Assembly (NCBI GenBank): GCA_052327205.1
Contig: CM126212.1
Location: forward strand, 82,522,001-82,586,000
Direction: 5' to 3'
Origin: Somniosus microcephalus
Lineage: Eukaryota
DNA length: 64,000 bases
This document shows, one piece after another, positions 23,673 to 35,600 of this stretch. Position 1 is the first letter of the stretch. The number at the start of each line of letters is the position of its first letter. The notes beneath the pieces were generated by a model that saw only the letters and a list, made by a program, of their open reading frames with translations, had not been told where the DNA came from and ran no database searches. The translations under genes and the position numbers were made by a program.

Positions 23673-26600
23673 AGGACAGGTGAATTGTTGGCAGTGTAGG
23701 ACAGGTGAGCTTTAGCAATTTTAGACAGGTGTGCTGTAAGCAGTTTAGGACAGGTGAGTTGCTGGCAGTGTAGGCCAGGTGTGCTGTAGGCAGTGTAGGA
23801 AATGTGTGCTGTAAGCAGTGTAGGATACGTGAGTTGTTGACAGTGTTGGAAGGTGAGCTTTAGCAGTTTAGGACAGTTGTGCTGTAAGCAGTGAAGGACA
23901 GGTACCTTTAGGCAGTGTAGGACATGTGTACTGTAGGCAGTAGCTGTAAGCAGTGTAGAGCCGGTGAGCAGTACAGAGTAAAGGACAGTGCCCTTTTGCA
24001 GTGTAGAACAAGTGTGCTGCAGGCTATGTATGACAGGTGTGCTGCAGACAGTGTAGGACATGTGTGCTGTAGGCAGTATAGGACAGGTGTGCTTTAGGCA
24101 GTGTAGGACAGGTGAGCTGTAAGCAATGTTGGACTGGTGTGCTGTAGGCAGTGTAGGGTATGTGGCCTGTATGCTATGTAGGACAGATGAGCTGTAGCCA
24201 GTGTAGAACAGGTGAGTTGTAGGCAGTGTAGGACAGGTGAGCTGTAGCCAGTGTAGGACAGGTGCGCTGTAGGCAGTATAAGATAGGTGGGCTGCAGGCA
24301 ATGTAGGACAGATGAGCTGGAGGCAGTCTAGGACATGAGAGCCGTAGGCAGTGTAGGACAGGTGTGCTGTAAGCAGTGTAGAACAGGTGAGTTTTTGGCA
24401 GTGTAGGACAGATGAGCTGTATGCAGTGTAGGACAGGTGTGCTGTAGGCAGGGTAGAATGTGTGCACTGTAGGCAGTGTAGGACAGGTGTGGTGTAAACA
24501 ATGTTGAAATGATACACGGTAGGCAGTGTAGGTCAAGTGAGCTGTAGGCAATGTAGGACAGGTGAGCTGTAGGCAGTTTAGAATAGGTGAGCTTAGGCAG
24601 TGATGGACAGGTGCACTATGGTCAGTGTAGAACAGGTGAGCAGTACAGAGTGTAGGACAGTGCACTGTTACAGAGTAGAACAAGTGTGCTGCAGGCTGTG
24701 TAGGTCAGGAAGAGCTGTAGGCAGTGTAGGACTAGTGTGCTGTCGGCAGTGTAGGACAGGTGTGCTGCAGTCAATGTAGGACGGGGTGCTGTAGTCAGAG
24801 TAGGACAGGTGTGCTGTAGGCAGTATAGGGCAGGTGTGCTGTAGGCAGTGTAGGACAGGTGTGCTGTAAGCAGTGTAGAATAGGTGAGTTGTAGGCAGTG
24901 TAGGACATGTGTGCTCTAAGCAGTGTAGTACAGGTCTGCTATCAGCAATGTAGGACAGGTGAGCTGTTGGCAGTGTAGGACAAGTGAGCTGTAGGCAATG
25001 TAGGACAGGTGTGTTGTAGGTATTTTAGGACAGGTGAGTTGTTGGCAGTGTAGGACAGCTGAGCTTTAGCAGTGTAGAATATGTGTGCTGTAAGCAGTGC
25101 TGGACAGGTGAGTTTTCAGCAGTGCAGGACAGGTGTGCTGTAGGCAATGTAGTACAGGTGTGCTGTAGGCAGTGTAGGACAGGTGTGCTGTAGGCAATTT
25201 AGGACAGGTGTGCTGTAGGCAATGTAGGACAGGTGTGTTGTAGGCAGTGTAGGACACTTTAGCAGTTTAGGAAGGTGTGCTTTAAGCAGTGAAGGACAGG
25301 TGAGTTTTAAATGTGTAGGACAGGTGAGTTGTAGTCAGCGTAAGACAAGTGAGTTGTAGCCAGTGTAGGACAGGTGAGTTGTAAGCAGTGTAGAATAGGT
25401 GAGCAGTACAGAGTGTAGGACAGTGCACTGTTACAGTGTAGAACAACTGTGCTGCAGGCTGTGTTGAGCAGGTGAGCTATAGGCAGTGTAGGACAGGTGT
25501 ATGTAGGCAGTGTAGAACAGTTGAGTTGTTGGTAGTGTAGGACAGGTGATTTGTAGGCAGTGTAGGACAGGTGTGCTCTAAGCAGTGTAGGGCAGGTGTG
25601 CTATCGGTAGTGCCGGACAGCTGTATTGTAAGTAATGTAGAACAGGTGAATTGCTGGTGGTGTAGGACAGGTGAGCTGTAGGCAATATAGGACAGGTGAG
25701 CTGTAGGAAAAGTAGGGCAGGTGAGTTGTTGACAGTGTAGGACAGGTGAGCTTTAGCAGTTTAGGACAGGTGTGCTGTAAGCAGTGTAGGACAGGTGAGT
25801 TGTTGGCAGTGGAGGACAGTTGTGCTGGAGGCAGTGTAGGACAGGTGAGCTTTACGCAGTGTAGGACAGCTGTGCTCTAGGCAGGATAGAATGGGTGTGC
25901 TGTAGTCAGTGTAGGACAAGTGTGTTGTAAGCAATGTAGAAATGATACCCGGTAGGCAGTGTAGGACAGATGAGCTGTAGGCAATGTAGGACAGGTGTGC
26001 TGTAGGCAGTGTAGGACAGGTTGCTGGAGGCAACGTAGGACAGGTGTGCTTTAGACAGTGTAGAACAGATGAGCTGTAGGCAGTGTTGGACAGGTGCACT
26101 GTAGGCAGTGTAGGGCAGGTGAGCTGCAGGCAGTGTAGCGCAGGTGAGCTGAGGCAGTGCAGGACAGATGCATTATAGGCAGGGTACGACAGGTGTTTTG
26201 TAGGCAGTGTAGGACAGGTGGGCTGAAGGCTGTGTAGTACAGATGAGTTGTAAGCAGCGTAGAACAGGTGAGTTGTTGGCAGTGTAGAACAGCTGAGCTG
26301 TAGGCAGAGTAGAACAGGTGAGCTGTAGGCTGTGTAGGACAGGTGAGCTGTAGGCAGTGTAGGGCAGCTGTGCAGTAGGGAGTGCTAAACAGGTGGGCTG
26401 TGAACAGTGGAGGACAGGTGTGCCATAGGCAGTGCAGGACAGGTGTGCAGTAAGCAGTGCAGAACAGGTGAGCTGTAGGCAGTTTAGGACAGGTGTGCTG
26501 TAAGCAGTGTAGGAAAGGTTTGCTATAGGCAATGTAGGACAGATGTGCTGTAGGCAGTGTGGAACAGGTGAGCTGTAGGCAGCGTAGCAGAAGTGAGCTG

Positions 26601-29600
26601 TTGGCAACATAGCAGAGGTGAGCTTTAGGCAGTGTGGAACAGGTGAGCAGAGTCAGTGCAGGATAGGTGCACTATTGGCAATGTAGGACAGGTGTGCTGT
26701 AGGCAGTGTAGGACAGGTGTGCTTTAGACTGTGTTGGACAGGTGGTCTGTAGGCAGTGTAGAACAGATGAACTGTAAGCAGTGCAGAACAGGTGAGTTGT
26801 TGGCAGTGTAGAACAGGTGAGCTGTAGGCAGTGTAGGATATGTGAACTGCAGACAGAGTAAGACATGTGTGCTGTAAGCATTGTAGAACAGGTGAGTTGT
26901 AGGCAGTGCAAAACAGGTGAGCTTTAGGCAGTGTAGATTAGGTGAGCTGTAATCTGTGTAGAGCAGGTGTGCCATACAGAGTGTAAGACAGGGCACTGTT
27001 ACAGTGTTGAACAAGTGTGCTGCAGGCTGTGTAGGACAGGTGAGCTGCTGGCAGTGTCAGACAGGTGTGCTGTAAGCACTGTAGGACAGGTGTGCTGCAG
27101 GCAGTCTAGGACAGGTTTGCTGTAGGCAGTGAAGGACAGGTATGCTGTAGGCAGTGTAGGACTGGTGTGCTGTAAGCAGTGTAGTATGGGTGTGTTGTAG
27201 GCAGTGTAGGATAGGTAAGCTGTAGAGTGTGTTGGACAGGTGTGCTGTAGGCAGTGCAGGACAGGTGAATGTAGTAAGTGTAGGACAGATGAGCTGTTGA
27301 CAGTGGAGAACAGGTGGGCTGTAAGCAGTGTGTAGAAGTTCAGTTTTTGGCAGTCTTTGACAGGTTTGCTGTAGGCAATGTAGAATAGGTGTGCTGTATG
27401 CAGTGTAGAACAGGTGAGCAATAGGCAGAGTTGAACAGGTGAGCTGTAAGCAGTGTAGAACAGGTGAGCTGTAGGCAGTGTAGGACAGCTGTGCTCTAGG
27501 CAATGTAAATCAGGTGTGCTGTAGGCAGTGTAGAACATTTGTGGTATAAGCAGTGTAGAAAAGGTGAGTTGTAGACAGTGTAGAACAGGTGAGCTGTAAG
27601 CAGTGTAGAACAGATGCGCTGTAGGAAGTGCAGGACAGGTGAGCTGTAGGCAGTGTAGGACAGGTGCGCTGTAGGCAGCGTAGGACATGTGAGCTGTAGG
27701 GAGTGTAGAACAGGTGAGCTGAGGCAGTGCAGGACAGGTGTGCTTTAGACTGTGTTGGACAGGTGTGCTGTTGGCTTTGTAGGACAGGTGGGCTGTAGTT
27801 AGTGTAGAACAGATGAGCTGTAAGCAATGTAGAACAGGTGAGTTGTAAGCAGTGTAGTACAGATGCGCTGTAGGCAGTGTAGGACAGGTGAGATATAGGC
27901 AGTGTAGGACAGGTGCACTGCAGGCAGTGTAGAGTAGGTGAGCAGTACAGAATGTAAAACAGTGCACTGTTATGGTATAGAACAATTGTGCTGCAGGCTG
28001 AGTAGGACAGGTGAGCAGTAGGCAGTGTAAGATAGGTGTGCTCTAGGCAGTGTAGGACAGGGGTGCTGTAGGCAGTGTAGAACTAGTGTGCTGAAGGCAG
28101 TGTAGGACCGGTGTGCTGTAGGCAGTTTAGGACAGGTGTGCTTTAGACTGTGTTTGACAGCTGTGCCTTTGGCTTTGTAGGAGAGATGGGCTGTAGGCAG
28201 TGTGGAACAGATGAGCTGTAAGCAGTGTAGAGCAGGTGAGTTGTAGGCAGTGTAGAACAGGTGAGCAGTAGACAGTGTAGGACCGGTGTGCTATAGGCAA
28301 TGTAGGACAGGCATGCTGTAAGCAGTGTAGAACAGGTGTGCTGTAGGCAGTGTAGGACAGATGTGCTGCAGGAATGTAGAACAGGTGTGCTGTAGGCAGT
28401 GTAGGACCAGTGTGCTGAAGGCAGTGTAGGAGAGGTGTGCAGTAAGTAGTGTAGAACAGCTGTGCTGCAGGCAGTGTAGGACAGGTGTGCTTTAGACTGT
28501 GTTGGACAGGTGTGCCGTTGGCTTTGTTGGACAGGTTAGCTGTAGGCAGTGTAGGACAGGTGAGATATAGGCAGTGTAAGACAGGTGAGCTGTAGGCAAT
28601 GTAGAACAGGTGAGCTGTAGACAGTATAGAATAGGTGAGCTGTAATCTGTGTAGAGCAGGTGTGCCATACAGAGTGTAGGACAGTGCACTTTTACAGAAT
28701 TGAACAAGTGTGCTGCAGGCTGTGTAGGACAGGTGAGCTGTAAGCACTGTAGGACAGGTGTGCTGCAGGCAGTGTAGGATAGGTGTGCTGTAGACAGTGT
28801 AGGATAGGTGTGCTGTAGGCAGTGTAGGACAGGTAGCTGTAAGCAGTATAGGACAGGGGTGCTGTAGGCAGTGTAGAACAGGTGTGCTGAAGGCAGTGTA
28901 GGGCAGTTGTGCTGCAGGCAGTATAGGACAGGTGTGCTGTAGGCAGTGTAGGACCGGTGTGCTGAAGGCAGTGTAGGACAGGTATGCAGTAAGCAATGTA
29001 GAACAGGTGTGCTGTAGGCAGTTTAGGACAGGTGCGCTTTAGACTGTGTTGGACAGGTGTGCCATTGGCGTTGTAGGACAGGTGGGCTGTAGGCAGTGTG
29101 GAACAGATGAGCTTTGAGCAGTGTAGAGCAGGTGAGTTGTAGGCACTGTAGAACCAGTGAGCAGTAAACAGGGTAGGACCGGTGTGCTATAGGCAATGTA
29201 GGACAGGTGTGCTGTAAGCAGTGTAGAACAGGTGTGCTGTAGGCAGTGTAGGACAGGTGTGCTGCAGGAATGTAGAACAGCTGTGCTGCAGGCAGTGTAG
29301 GACAAGTGTGCTTTAGACTGTGTTGGACAGGTGTGCCATTGGCTTTGCTGGACAGGTGGGCTGTAGGCAGTGTAAGACAGGTGAGATATAGGCTGTGTAA
29401 GACAGGTAAGCTGTAGGCAATGTAGGACAGGTGAGCTGTAGACAGTATAGAATAGGTGAGCTGTAATCTGTTTAGAGCAGGTGTGCCATACAGAGTGTAG
29501 GACAGTGCACTTTTACAGAATTGAGCAAGTGTGCTGCAGGCTGTGTAGGACAGGTGAGCTGTAAGCACTGTAGGACAGGTGTGCTGCAGGCAGTGTAGGA

Positions 29601-32600
29601 CAGGTGTGCTGTAGACAGTGTAGGGGAGGTGTGCTGTAGGCAGTGTAGGACAGGTGTGCTGAAGGCAGTGTAGGACAGTGTGCAGTAAGCAGTGTAGAAC
29701 AGGTATGCTGTAGGTAGTTTAGGACAGGTGTGCTTTGGACTGTGTAGGACAGGTGGGCTGTAGGCAGTGTAGAATAGATGAGCTGTAAGCAGTGTAGAAA
29801 AGGGGAGTTGTAAGCAGTGTATTACACATGCGCTGTTTCCAGTGTAGGACAGGTGAGCTGCAGGCTGTGTAGGACAGGTGCACTGCAGGCAGTGTAGAGC
29901 AGGTGAGCACTCCAGAGTGTAGGACAGTGCACTGTTACAGTATAGGATATTTGTGCTGCAGGTTGTGTAGGACAAGTGAGCTGTAGGCAGTGTAGGACAG
30001 GTGTGCTCTAGGCAGTATAGGACAGGTGTGCTGTAGGCAAAGTTGGAAAGGCGTGCTGTAAGCAGTGTAGAACAGTTGTGCTGTAAGCTGTGTAGGACAG
30101 GTAGCTGTAGGCAGTGTAGAACTGGTTTCCTTTAGGCAGTGTACAACAGGTGTGCTGCAGGCAGTGTAGGACAGGTGTGCTGTAGGCAGTGTATCACAGG
30201 TGTGCTCCAGGCAGTGTAGGACAGGTGTGCTGCAGGCAGTGTAGGACAGGTGTGCTGCAGACAGTGTAGGACAGGTGGGCTGTAGGGGAGTGTAGGACAG
30301 GGGTGCTGAGGGCAGTGTAGAACAGGTGTGCTGTAGGCAGTGCAAGACAGGTGTGCTTTAGACGGTTGGGCAGGTCTGCCATTGGCTTTGTAGGACAGGT
30401 GGGCTGTAGGCAGTGTAGAACAGATGAGCTGTAAGCAGTGTAGAACAGGTGAGTTGTAGGCAGTGTAGAACAGGTGAGCTGTAGACAATGTAGGACAGGT
30501 GTGCTGTAAGCAGTGTAGGACATGTGTGCTGTAAGCAGTGTAGAACAGGGGAGTTGTTGGCTGTGTACGACAGGTGCACTGTAGGCAGTGTAGGTCAGGT
30601 GAGCTGTATGCTGTGTAAGACATGTGAGCTGTAGGCAATGTAGAACAGATGAGCTATAGGCAGTATAGAATAGGTGAGCTTTAATCTGTGTAGAGCAGGT
30701 GTGCCATACAGAATCTAGGACAGTGCACTGTTACAGTATTGAACAAGTGTGCTGCAGGCTGTGTAGGACAGGTGAGCTGTTGGCAGTGTCAGACAGGTGT
30801 GCTGTAAGCACTGTAGGACAGGTGTGCTGCAGGCAGTAAGGACAGGTGTGCTGTAGGCAGTGTAGGACAGGTGTGCTGTAGGTACTGTAGGACTGGTATG
30901 CTGTAAGCAGTGTAGTATAGGTGTGCTGTAGGCAGTGTAGGAAAGATATGCTGTAGACTGTGTTGGACAGGTATGATGTAGGCAGTGCAGGATAGGTGTA
31001 CTGTAGGAAGTGTAGGACAGATGAGCTGTAAGCCATGTAGAACAGTTCAGTTTTTGGCAGTCTTTGACAGGTGACCTGTAGGCAGTGTAGGACAAGTTTG
31101 CTGTAGGCAATGTAGAATAGGTGTGCTGCATGCAGTGTAGAACAGGTGAGCTGTAGGCAAAGTAGAACAGGTGAGCTATAGGCATTGTAGCACAGGTGAG
31201 CCTTAAGCAGTGTAGGACAGCTGTGCTGTAGGCAGGAGTTGTAGGCAGTGTAGAACATGTGAGCTGTAAGCAGTGTAGAACAGATGCACTGTAGGAAGTG
31301 CACGACAGGTGAGATGTAGGCAGTGTAGGACATGTGAGCTGTAGGCAGTGTAGGACATGTGAGCTGTAGGCCATGTAGAACAGGTGAGCTGAGGCAGTGC
31401 AGGACAGGTGCACTACAGGAAGTGTAGAACGGGTGAGCAGTGCAGAGTGTAGGACAGTGCACTGTTACAGTGTAGAACAAGTGTACTGCAGGCTGTGTAG
31501 GACAGATGAGCTGTAGGCAGTGTAGGACTGGTGTACTCTAGCAGCGTAGGACAGGTGGGCTGTAGGCAGTGTAGGACAGGTGTGCTGTAGGCAGTGTAGA
31601 ACAGGTGTGCTGCAGGCAGTGTAGGACAGGTGTGCTTTAGGCAATGTAAGAGAGGTGTGCTGACGGCAGTGTAGGGCAGGTGTGCTGAAGGCAGTGTGGA
31701 AAAGGTGTGCTGAAGGCAGTGTAGAACAGGTGAGTTGTAGGCAGTGTAGGACTGGTGTGCTGCAGGCAGTGTAGGACAGGTGTGCTGAAGGTAAAGTAGG
31801 ACAGGTGTGCTGAAGGCAGTGTAGGACAGGTGTGCTGAAGGCAGTGTAGGACAGGTGTGCTGAAGGCAGCGTAGAACAGGTAAGTTGTAGGCAGTGTAGG
31901 ACAGGTGTGCTGCTGGCAATGTAAGACACCTGTGTTATAAGCAATGTTGAATAGGTGTGTTTTTGGTAGTGTAGGACAAGTGAGCTGTAGGCTGTGTAGG
32001 ACAGGTAAGCTCTAGGCAATGTAGGACAGGTGTGTTGTAGGCAGTGTAGGACAGATGAGATTTAGCACTTTAGGACAGGTGTGCTATACCCGGTGAAAGA
32101 CAGGTGAGTTGTTGGCAGTGTAGTACAGGTGCACTCTAGGCAGTGCTGGGCAGGTGTGCTCTAGGCAATGAAGGATAGGTGAGCTGTAGGCAATGTAGGA
32201 TAGGTGTGCTGTAGGCAGTGTAGGACAGGTACATTTTGACAGTGTAGGACAGGTGAGCTTAAGCAGTTTAGAACAGGTGTGTTTTAAGCAGTGTAGGACA
32301 GGTGAGTTTTGGCAGTGTAGGACAGGTGTGCTGTAGAATGTGTAGGACAGGTGGGCTGTAAGCAGTGTAGAACAGTTGAGTTGTTGGTAGTGTAGGAAAG
32401 GTGAGTTGTAGGCAGTGTAGTAGAGGTGAATTTTAGGAAGTGCAGAACAGCTGAGCTGAGGCAGTGCAGGACTGGTGCACTATATGCTCTAAGCAGTGTA
32501 GAACAGGTGTGCTGTAGGCAGTGTAGGAAAGGTAGCTGTAGACAGTGTGGGACAGGTGTGCTTTAGGCAGTGTAGAACAGGTGTGCTCAAGACAGAGTAG

Positions 32601-35600
32601 AACAGGTGTGCTGTAGACAATGTAGGACAGGCGTGCTGTAACAGTGTAGAACAGGTGTGCTTCAGGCAGTGTATGACAGGTAGCTCTAGACAGTGAAGGA
32701 AAGGTGTGCTTTAGGCAGTGTAGAACAGGTGTGCTGCAGGCAGTGTAGGACAGGTGAGCTGTTGGCAGTGTGAGGCAGGTGTGCTTTTAGCACTGTAGGA
32801 CAGGTGTGCTGTAGGCAATGTAGGACAGGTGTGCTATAGGCAGTGTAGGACAGGTGTGCTTTAGACTTTGTTGGACAGCTGTGCTGTTGGCTTTGTAGGA
32901 CATGTTAGGCTGTCGGCAGTGTAGAACAGGTGAGTTGTAGGCAGTGTAGAACAGGTGAGCTGTAGGCAGTGTTGAATAGGTGAGCTGTAATCTGTGTAGA
33001 GTAGGTGCGCCATACAGAATGTAGGACAGTGCACTGTTACAGTGTTAAGCAAGTGTGCTGCAGGCTGTGTAGGACAGGTGAGCTTATGGCAGTGTCAGAC
33101 AGGAGTGCTTTACGCACTGTAGGAAAGGTGTGCTGTAGGCAGTGTAGGACTGGTGAGTTGTAGGCAGTGTAGGGCAGGTGTGCTGTTGGAAATGTAAGAC
33201 ACCTGTGTTGTAAGCAGTGTAGAACACTTCAGTTGTTGGTAGTGTAGGACAGGTGAGCTGTAGGCAGTGTAGGACAGGTGAGCTGTAGGCAATGTAGGAC
33301 ATTTGTGTAGTAGGCAGAGTAGGGCAGATGAGATTTAGCAGTTTAGGACAGGTGTGCTGTAAGTAGAGTGAAACAGGTGAGTTGTTGGCAGTGTAGTACA
33401 GGTGCACTGTAGGCAGTGTAGGGGTGTTGATCTGTAGGCAATGTTGGATAGGTGAGCTGTAGGCAATGTAGGATAGGTGTGCTGTAGGCAGTTTAGGACA
33501 GTTGAAATTTTGACAGTGTAGGACAGGTGAGCTTAAGCCGTTTATGACTGGTGTGCTGTAAGCAGTGTAGGACATGTGAGTTTTGGCTGTGTAGGACAGG
33601 TGTGCTGTGATCAGTGTAGAACAGTTGAGTTGTTGGTAGTGTAGGACAGGTGAGCTGTAGGCAGTGTAGTAGAGGTGCACTGTAGGCAGTGCAGAACAGG
33701 TGCGCTGAGGCAGTGCAGGACTGCTGCATAACAGAACAGGTGAGCAGTGAAGAGAGTAGGACAGTGGATTGTTACAGAATAGAACAATTTTGCTGCAGGC
33801 TGTGTAGGATAGGTGAGCAGTAGGCAGTGTAGGACAGGTGTCCTCTAGGAAGTTTAGGACAGGTGTGCTGTAGGTAATGTAGGACAGGCATGCTGTAAGC
33901 AATGTAGAACAGGTGTGCTGTAGGCAGTGTAAGACAGGTAGCTTTAGACAGTGTAGAACAGGTGTGCTGCAGGAAGTGTAGGACAGGTGATCTGTTGGCA
34001 GTGTCAGACAGGAGTGCTGTATGCACTGTCGGACAGGTGTACTGTAGGCAGTGTAGAACAGGTGAGTTGTAGGCAGTATAGGACAGGTCAGCGGTCGGCA
34101 ATGTAAGACACCTGTGTTGTAAGCAGTGTTGAACAGATGAGTTGTTAGTAGTGTAGGACAGGTGAGCTGTAGGCAGTGTAGAACAGGTGAGCTGTAGGCA
34201 ATGTAGGACAGGTGTGTTGTAGGCAGTGTAGGACAGATGAGATTTAGCAGTTTAGGATAGGTATGCTGTAAGCAGTGAAAGACAGGTGAGTTGTTGGCAG
34301 CGTAGTAGGGTGCACTGTAGGCAGTGCAGGACAAGTATGCTCTAGGCAATGTAGGATAGGTGAGCTGTAGGCAATGTAGGATAGGTGTGCTGTAGGCAGT
34401 GCAGGATAGGTGAAATTTTGACAGTTTAAGACAGGTGAGCTTAAGCAGTTTAGTACAGGTGTGCTGTATGCAGTGCAGGACAGGTGAGTTTTGGCAGTGT
34501 AGTACAGGTGTGCTGTAGACTGTGTAGGACAGGTGTGCTGTAAGCAGTGTAGAACAGTTGAGTTGTTGGTAGTGTAGGACAAGTGAGCTGTAGGCAGTGT
34601 AAGAGAGGTGAATTGTAGGCAGTGCAGAACAGCTGAGCTGAGGCAGTGCAGGACAGGTGCACTATTGGCTCTAAGCAGTGTAGAACAGGTGTGCTTTAGG
34701 CAGTGTAGAACAGGTGTGCTGCAGGCAGTGTAGGACAGGTGAGCTTTTGGCAGTGTGAGGCAGGTGTCCTTTAAGCACTGTAGGACATGTGTGCTGCAGG
34801 CAGTGTAGGACAGGTGTGCTTTAGGCAATGTAGGACAGGTGTGCTGTATGCAGTGTAGGACAGGTGTGCTTTAGACTTTGTTGGACAGCTGTGCTGTTGG
34901 CTTTGTAGGACATGTGGGTTGTAGGCAGTGTAGAACAGGTGAGTTGTAGGCAGTGTAGAACAGGTGAGCTGTAGGCAGTGTTGAATAGGTGAGCTGTAAT
35001 CTGTGTAGAGCAGGTGCACCATACAGCATGTAGGACAGTGCACTGTTACAGTGTTAAGCAAGTTTGCGGCAGGCTTTGTAGGACAGGTGAGCTTTTGGCA
35101 TTGTCAGACAGGTTTGCTGTATGCACTGTAGGACAGGTGTGCTGTAGGCAATGTAGGACTGGTGAGTTGTAGGCAGTGTAGGGCAGGTGTGCTGTTGGCA
35201 ATGTAAGACACCTGTGTTGTAAGCAGCGTAGAACAGTTGAGTTGTTGGTAGTGTAGGACAGGTGAGCTGTAGGCAGTGTAGGACAGGTGAGCTGTAGGCA
35301 ATGTAGGACATTTGTGTTGTAGGCAGAGTAGGACAGATGAGATTTAGCAGTTTAGGACAGGTGTGCTGTAAGTAGTGAAAAACAGGTGAGTTGTTGGCAG
35401 TGTAATACATGTGCCCTGTAGGCAGTGTAGGGGAGTTGAGCTGTAGGCAATATTGGATAGGTGAGCTGTAGGCAATGTAGGATAGGTGTGCTGTAGGCAG
35501 TTTAGAACAGTTGAAATTTTGACAGTGTAGGACAGGTGAGCTTAAGCAGTTTATGACTGGTGTGCTGTAAGCAGTGTAGGACATGTGAGTTTTGGCTGTG

